Source: Dehalococcoidia bacterium (lineage in GTDB: Bacteria > Chloroflexota > Dehalococcoidia > Lucifugimonadales > Australimonadaceae). From it: DNA of 64,000 nt. The position numbers and the translations under genes are program-made. Position 1 is the first letter of the stretch; every line of letters starts with the position of its first letter. Positions 58,880-64,000 of the stretch are shown piece by piece. Location of the stretch: assembly GCA_022449765.1 (NCBI GenBank), contig JAKUPZ010000003.1, positions 10,675 to 74,674 on the forward strand, read 5' to 3'. The notes under the pieces were generated by a model. That model was not told where the DNA came from. It did no database searches and saw nothing but the letters and a program-made list of their open reading frames with translations.

Positions 58880-60220
58880 CTAAAATCCATTGATGCCAAA
58901 TCCGGATAATCCTCGCTTAGACCCCGTTGCAAACTGCTTCATCATTTTTTGCATGTGCTTGAATTGATTGAGTAATTGATTAAGATCCGCTGGTGTCATT
59001 CCACTACCTTGCGCGATTCTTCTTCGACGGCTTCCGTTAATACGATCGGGGTGTTGTCGTTCCCACATAGTCATTGACGATATCATAGCCTTAGTACGCC
59101 GAAGCTTTTGCTCACTTAAGTCTGCCGATGGTAACTGTGATTTTACTTTGCTTGCACCTGGCAACATATCAAGAATGGAACTAATTGAGCCCATTTTTTG
59201 GACTTGCTCTAATTGACCAAGGAAATCATTCAAATCAAATTGCGATTTTCTTATTTTTTTTTCTATCTCGGCTGCTGCTTCTTGGTCTATTTCCTGCTGG
59301 GCTCGTTCTACTAAACTAACAATATCTCCCATTCCCAGGATTCTCGAGGCCATGCGCTCAGCATGAAATATTTCGAGTTCATGAATTTTTTCCCCAGTGC
59401 CCACGAATTTTATAGGGACTCCAGTAACGTGATTTGCAGTTAGTGCTGCTCCTCCCCGAGTATCACCATCTAGCTTTGAAAGTACCAAGCCTGTAAGCCC
59501 AATTTGTTCATTAAACTCTGAGGCGGTATTCACCGCATCTTGTCCGGTCATTGCATCTACAACTAGTAATGAATCAGATGGTTCTAGGCTAGTTTTTAAG
59601 GTTTTTAGTTCTTTCATCAATTGCTTGTCAGTTTGTAATCGTCCGCCAGTATCAAGTATTACCCACTGGTGGCCTGATTTTCGCGCAAGCTCAATCCCAT
59701 TCTTGCAGACGTTCAAAGGATCAAGGGTTTCAGAGTTCTCAGCGTAAACAGGGATTTCTAATTGTGACCCGAGTGCTTGGAGTTGATCTATAGCAGCGGC
59801 CCTACGCAGGTCAGCTGCAACCAGAAGAGGAGATTCATTTTTCTTTTTTAATAGCGCTGCTATCTTGGCTGCAGTTGTGGTTTTACCGGAGCCTTGTAAT
59901 CCAATGAGCATAATTACATTTGGCTTTGATTTACTAGTTAGAAGCTCGTGATTTCCTGTTCCTAAGAGTGTAATTATTTCATCGTTGACAAGCTTTATAA
60001 TCTGCTGTCCCGGGGAGATCCCTTTTAGCAGATCTAGGTCTAATGCTTTTGCGCGGACTTGGGAGATAAACTCTCGGGCAATTTTGAAATTTACGTCCGC
60101 TTCGAGCAAGGCTAAACGAATTTCACGCATAGTATCGTCTACATCTGCTTCTGTGATGCGCCCTTTTTTCCTAAGGCGCTCAAATACTAGTGAAAATTTT
60201 CCTGACAAATTGTCAAACAT
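58880..60220 (-). CDS. ffh: signal recognition particle protein Ffh
   Basis: N domain, G domain (GLQGSGKTTTAAK, DTGGRL) and Met-rich M domain. Start moved to ATG 60220 (MFDNLSGKF), the canonical Ffh N-terminus; the listed start 60232 is GTG. Confidence 0.93.
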   Translation of the reverse strand: MFDNLSGKFSLVFERLRKKGRITEADVDDTMREIRLALLEADVNFKIAREFISQVRAKALDLDLLKGISPGQQIIKLVNDEIITLLGTGNHELLTSKSKPNVIMLIGLQGSGKTTTAAKIAALLKKKNESPLLVAADLRRAAAIDQLQALGSQLEIPVYAENSETLDPLNVCKNGIELARKSGHQWVILDTGGRLQTDKQLMKELKTLKTSLEPSDSLLVVDAMTGQDAVNTASEFNEQIGLTGLVLSKLDGDTRGGAALTANHVTGVPIKFVGTGEKIHELEIFHAERMASRILGMGDIVSLVERAQQEIDQEAAAEIEKKIRKSQFDLNDFLGQLEQVQKMGSISSILDMLPGASKVKSQLPSADLSEQKLRRTKAMISSMTMWERQHPDRINGSRRRRIAQGSGMTPADLNQLLNQFKHMQKMMKQFATGSKRGLSGFGINGF

Positions 60221-60252
60221 ACTATGTCCCACTGCGGAAAGGGCAGCCTTTC

Positions 60253-60882
60253 TTAGAAATCCTGTCTTCCTTCGAATGCTCTTGTTAAAGTGAGATCATC
60301 GGCGTATTCAAGATCGCCACCAGCGGGCAAGCCACGCGCTAGGCGAGTCACTCGAGGACCTAGTGGTTGTATTAACTTGCTCAAATACATTGCTGTTGCC
60401 TCTCCTTCTACCGTGGTATTAGTGGCAATAATAATCTCCTGAGGAGAATTATGATGAATTCGCTCTAATAGTTCACTGATTTTTAAGTCTTCAGGCCCTA
60501 TGTTGCTCATAGGGTCGATTACTCCATTAAGCACATGATACAGGCCGTTGAAGATACCTATTTTATCTAGTGATAAAACATCAAGAGGTTCTTGGACAAC
60601 GCAAATTCTGGAATGGTCTCTTGCGGGATTAGCACAAAGATTACAGGGGTCTGACTCGGCTATATTTTGGCATGTTGTGCAGAAAACGATCCGATTTTTT
60701 ACGGATCCGATTATTTCAGCAAGATCTAAAGCTTCTTGGGCAGGCATTCGAATTAGGTAATAGGCGATGCGTTGAGCAGTTTTGGGGCCTATGCCTGGAA
60801 GCTTATTGAATTGATCAATTAACCTTGAAACAGCGGGTGCGGTTGATGAATTGGTATTTTCTGGAGAAGGGAAGTTATTCAA
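60253..60882 (-). CDS. recR: recombination protein RecR
   Basis: HhH LPGIGPKTAQRIA, C4 zinc finger CTTCQNIAESDPCNLC and a Toprim domain. TTG start 2 nt after the ybaB stop. Confidence 0.92.
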   Translation of the reverse strand: MNNFPSPENTNSSTAPAVSRLIDQFNKLPGIGPKTAQRIAYYLIRMPAQEALDLAEIIGSVKNRIVFCTTCQNIAESDPCNLCANPARDHSRICVVQEPLDVLSLDKIGIFNGLYHVLNGVIDPMSNIGPEDLKISELLERIHHNSPQEIIIATNTTVEGEATAMYLSKLIQPLGPRVTRLARGLPAGGDLEYADDLTLTRAFEGRQDF

Positions 60883-60884
60883 AA

Positions 60885-61187
60885 TTACATCCCTGGGAAA
60901 TTCAGACCACCAGTTAGAGCGCCAATTCTTTTAGCCGCTAATTCCTGTGACTGCGTAAGTGCGTCGTTAATTCCGACTAAAAGCATATCTTGTAATATTT
61001 CTAAGTCTTCAGGATCTACTGCATCGGGATCGATTAGTATTGATGTAATTACTTGCTTTCCGGTTGCAACTACTTTGACGGCGCCTCCGCCAGCTGTGGC
61101 CTCCACAGTTTCAAGAGCAAGTTCTTCTTGTGCTTTTGCGAATTTAGCTTGTAGCTGCTGCGCTTGTTTGATCATATTTCTATTCAT
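60885..61187 (-). CDS. ybaB: nucleoid-associated protein YbaB/EbfC
   Basis: 100 aa with the typical MIKQAQQLQ...GGGAVKV...INDA pattern. AGGAGG 9 nt upstream; overlaps the dnaX stop by 8 nt. Confidence 0.9.
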   Translation of the reverse strand: MNRNMIKQAQQLQAKFAKAQEELALETVEATAGGGAVKVVATGKQVITSILIDPDAVDPEDLEILQDMLLVGINDALTQSQELAAKRIGALTGGLNFPGM

Positions 61188-62865
61188 CAGTCACTTCCTC
61201 CTGATCAACGGGATTGAGTTGGGGTTCTTCACTAGGAAGATTTTCAGCCCGCGTTTCTATCGTATTTTTTGAAATGACATGGCCTTGGTACAGATTAACA
61301 GCTGCTCTAACCAAATGAGAGTCTGCCCCGTTTACCTGACTGGATTGAGTACTATTAACACTTTCAATTTTTAGATTAATAGGCTTGCCATAAATCTCTT
61401 CCAATATTTTTTCAACTTCAATGCGTATAGGAGGATGTTCTAGCTCTTTTTCCAGACGCTCGCTATTGGATTTAGTGCTGAATGAAATAGTGAGAATTGC
61501 GTCATTGAGTTCGTGGGATTTTGAGCTTCTTACTAAGGCAGCTACATCAAATTGCCTTTTCGGGACCCTAGTTTTGAGAGCAGTGATGAAGTTTTTCCAG
61601 TCGTCATCTATTTTTGCACCTAGCCCATTTGAGGGCGGAACAGCATTGAATGGTTTGGTAGGAGGTGTATTAAAGGAGGGAGGTTGCGTAACGGGACGAG
61701 GCTTAGGTGTGGGTTGTGGAGGAATAGCTTGTGGTGTGTTGTTTGCTGAAGCGTTTTGAAGCCCAGGGGAAGCAGGTTGCTCCTTCGAGGCCAACTCTAA
61801 TTCTACGATGGCTAGTTCAAATAATAGTGGGCCGGAGAGAGACTCTTCATGTCGGAACTGGTTGAATAAACGCAGAGCATTCATTATTTTGGAAAGAGAA
61901 ACGCTTTCTGCAATGAAGCTAAGCTGACTGGCTATATCCTTGGAGAATTCTGCGGTGTCTGCGACTCCTGTTTTTTCTAATAATGCGGCTCTGAGTAAAG
62001 CAATAGTCATTTGCTGAAAAGGTTGTAGATCATGGCCTTCTGAGGATACAGAATTTATGGTTTCTAGTGCTTGAGGAGTAGAGCCTGTAAGCAAATGCTT
62101 CACGAATACCATTGCTCGGTCTTCACTTTGGAGTCCAAGAAGTTCCCGTGCATTTTCTACTCGTATTGAACTCCCGAACGAAGTGATTAGTTGATCTAAG
62201 ATATTAGTACCATCACGAAGGCTTCCTTTAGCTGTTTGAGCGATTATTCGCAATGCCTCTGGAGGGATATCCACGCCCTCATGAGTTGCAATTTCTTTGA
62301 GATGGTCAACCATGTCGGTAATGGAGATTTTCCTAAAATCGAAACGTTGACATCTTGAAAGGATAGTGGGACTGAGTTTATGAGGCTCTGTAGTGGCAAG
62401 TATAAAAACTGTTTGGGGAGGTGGCTCTTCAAGGGTTTTTAAGAATGCCTCAGATGCGGCGTCAGTTAATTGATGGACCTCATCAATTATATAGACTTTA
62501 TATTGCCCTGCAGTTGGGGAGAAACGTACTTTTTCTCGTAACTCTCGCATTTCTTCAATTCGTCGATTGCTTGCAGCATCAACCTCAATTACATCTATGA
62601 AGCTTCCTGTTTCAATCGCGGTGCAGTTATTGCACGCACTGCAAGGATCTCCAATTGCAGGTGGCCGCATCGTGCAATTCAAGGCTTTAGCTATCACGCG
62701 TGCAGTACTTGTTTTGCCTGTACCTCTCGGCCCGCAAAGTAAATAGGCATGTGATGTTCGATTGTTGGCAATTGCTTGGGTTAAAGTTTGAGTAATGGGT
62801 CCCTGGCCAATGATATTCGAGAATCTAGAAGGGCGCCATTTTCTATAGAGTACGTCATTTGCCAT
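61180..62865 (-). CDS. dnaX: DNA polymerase III subunit gamma/tau
   Basis: Motifs YRKWRPSRF, GPRGTGKTSTARV, Zn module CSACNNCTAIETG and SRCQRF; Pro-rich linker. Start set to ATG 62865 (MANDVLYRKWRP). Confidence 0.92.
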   Translation of the reverse strand: MANDVLYRKWRPSRFSNIIGQGPITQTLTQAIANNRTSHAYLLCGPRGTGKTSTARVIAKALNCTMRPPAIGDPCSACNNCTAIETGSFIDVIEVDAASNRRIEEMRELREKVRFSPTAGQYKVYIIDEVHQLTDAASEAFLKTLEEPPPQTVFILATTEPHKLSPTILSRCQRFDFRKISITDMVDHLKEIATHEGVDIPPEALRIIAQTAKGSLRDGTNILDQLITSFGSSIRVENARELLGLQSEDRAMVFVKHLLTGSTPQALETINSVSSEGHDLQPFQQMTIALLRAALLEKTGVADTAEFSKDIASQLSFIAESVSLSKIMNALRLFNQFRHEESLSGPLLFELAIVELELASKEQPASPGLQNASANNTPQAIPPQPTPKPRPVTQPPSFNTPPTKPFNAVPPSNGLGAKIDDDWKNFITALKTRVPKRQFDVAALVRSSKSHELNDAILTISFSTKSNSERLEKELEHPPIRIEVEKILEEIYGKPINLKIESVNSTQSSQVNGADSHLVRAAVNLYQGHVISKNTIETRAENLPSEEPQLNPVDQEEVTDE

Positions 62866-63388
62866 GGTTTGCACTCTTCGCATTCTCAAGGAAGGACCTA
62901 AGGATTTTGGATTGAGAATCCGTCATCAAAATTTCTTGATCATTTGTATGATGCTCGTAGCCAAGTAAATGAAGGATCCCGTGAATCACAAGTAACGCAA
63001 TTTCTGAATCAATCGAGACAGTGTTTTCTAGTGCTTGCCTCTGAGCCTGAGGGTATGAAAGTACAACTTCTCCTAAGTGAGATAAGAGGTCTTCAGGATT
63101 TGGGAATTCGACTGCTTCTAAAGAAGAATCAACTGTTTCATCCTCAAATTCGCCATGATTGCCAAATGCAAGAACGTCTGTAACCTCGTCAAAATTTCTG
63201 AATTGTTGATTAAGACTACGAATAGTGTCGTCATTAGTTATTGCAAGACTTATGCTGCAGGATCCCGTAGGATTCGTCTGTTGTAAGGTATGCTGAATTA
63301 TGCTTCGTAGCCAAGAGGACTTTACGTAAGGTTTGAATTCAGGCTGAATTGTTATTTCAATTGAACGTTTTTTGATTTCGGCAGTCAT
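62855..63388 (-). CDS. ybeY: rRNA maturation endoribonuclease YbeY
   Basis: Metal motif HGILHLLGYEH. Three in-frame ATGs (63433, 63400, 63388), none with an SD; I chose the shortest on family length. The 3' end overlaps dnaX by 11 nt. Confidence 0.85.
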   Translation of the reverse strand: MTAEIKKRSIEITIQPEFKPYVKSSWLRSIIQHTLQQTNPTGSCSISLAITNDDTIRSLNQQFRNFDEVTDVLAFGNHGEFEDETVDSSLEAVEFPNPEDLLSHLGEVVLSYPQAQRQALENTVSIDSEIALLVIHGILHLLGYEHHTNDQEILMTDSQSKILRSFLENAKSANHGK

Positions 63389-63530
63389 TTTGATGTCCAT
63401 TAGGATGGTAGCACAGCGCGAGGTACATCTCATTCAAAAATTTATGAATATCCCATCAGTTTAAGTACTCGGAGTATCGATACAGCAGTTAACGTATAAG
63501 CAGATTAGAACTTGAAAGGAAAAGCAGCTA

Positions 63531-64000
63531 ATGGAAAGCAATGAACTTATAATTGACGGTTTGGGAAGAGTTAATCAGCTATTACATCGAGTTTTGAAAG
63601 ATCTCCCGTTTGAAATGTTGAATGAGATGCCGTCTAAAGATACAAATTCGATAAGTTGGCTTTTATGGCATCTAACGCGAGTGCAGGATCATCACCTTTC
63701 TGATTTGGAAGGAGTCCCGCAGCTGTGGGTTTCATCAAATTTTTATGCCCAATTTGAGATGGACCCCAATGGAGATGAAACAGGTAATGGCCATACGATA
63801 GAGCAGGTAAAAGCATTTAATGTTAAAGACAGTATGCTTTTGACTGGATACAATGATGCGGTTTTTGCAAGGACGAAAAGGTATTTGCCCCAACTAACGT
63901 ATAAAGATTTCAATAGAGTTTTGGATGAGCCTCAATATGACCCTATGCCGACGGTCGGAGTAAGGTTGGTAAGTGTACTTTCTGATAATACTCAGCATGT
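63531..64000 (+). CDS. DinB-family (DinB_2-like) protein, 3' end beyond the window
   Basis: The frame is open from ATG 63531 to the window end and is absent from the ORF track because no stop is reached. Translation MESNELIIDGLGRVNQLLHRVLKDLPFEMLNEMP...ISWLLWHLTRVQDHH shows the DinB four-helix pattern (conserved His). Confidence 0.6.
   Translation, partial: MESNELIIDGLGRVNQLLHRVLKDLPFEMLNEMPSKDTNSISWLLWHLTRVQDHHLSDLEGVPQLWVSSNFYAQFEMDPNGDETGNGHTIEQVKAFNVKDSMLLTGYNDAVFARTKRYLPQLTYKDFNRVLDEPQYDPMPTVGVRLVSVLSDNTQH

Noticed and set aside
61264-61270. Slippery heptamer A-AAA-AAT in the zero frame of dnaX (TCA AAA AAT, minus strand), reminiscent of the E. coli tau/gamma frameshift site.
   Set aside because: It lies only 28 codons before the stop. 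A -1 shift would merely swap the last 28 residues for about 7, rather than removing the tau-specific domains. No obvious downstream stem-loop is present, so it is likely coincidental.

Overview
This window is a dense block of core housekeeping genes, about 97% coding by my hand tally of the gaps. It looks moderately AT-rich by eye (not computed). The likely source is a streamlined Chloroflexota-type bacterium. The hints are a giant Chlor_Arch_YYY/DUF2298 membrane protein, an 11-gene nuo operon without nuoEFG, and a B. subtilis-like GlnA; this taxonomic call is inference only. From 663 to 35574, 28 consecutive genes lie on the minus strand: a small TM protein, the YYY membrane protein, gap, eno, a LOG-like gene, nuoN-A, trpB-F-C-D-(unknown)-G-E, gltB, glnA, ppdK, plsC and cmk. 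To the right come gyrB, pyrE, nadD, obg and dnaA, then fmt, rplY and an Rrf2-MoeB/ThiF-CysM-atypical OmpR-FmdB cluster. After that are a DUF1461 membrane protein, mazG, a NEW3-domain protein with an ABC-2 exporter pair, dgt-dnaG-sigA, a membrane protein, alkA, a DUF2493/SLOG protein, ffh, recR, ybaB, dnaX, ybeY and a partial DinB-family gene. I found no tRNA, rRNA, CRISPR array, transposase, integrase or recognisable defence island, and no convincing multi-gene novel system. The most checkable oddities are these: (1) an unknown two-TM protein gene translationally locked between trpG and trpD, in a trp operon that lacks trpA; (2) a 14-bp perfect inverted repeat between trpB and nuoA; (3) a promoter-like site followed by an intrinsic terminator, both in the 125-nt spacer before glnA; (4) a protein-thiocarboxylate-type cysteine cluster (Rrf2, MoeB/ThiF, CysM-like) with no carrier gene and with a pseudo-receiver OmpR regulator coupled to it; (5) a probable replication-origin neighbourhood, with a strand switch at 35.6 kb, dnaA without dnaN and a DnaA-trio-like repeat just downstream of dnaA; (6) long inserts in GyrB and PPDK. 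The ORF track treats TTG and GTG as starts, so I re-evaluated several starts. All similarity statements are from reading motifs by eye, not from searches.
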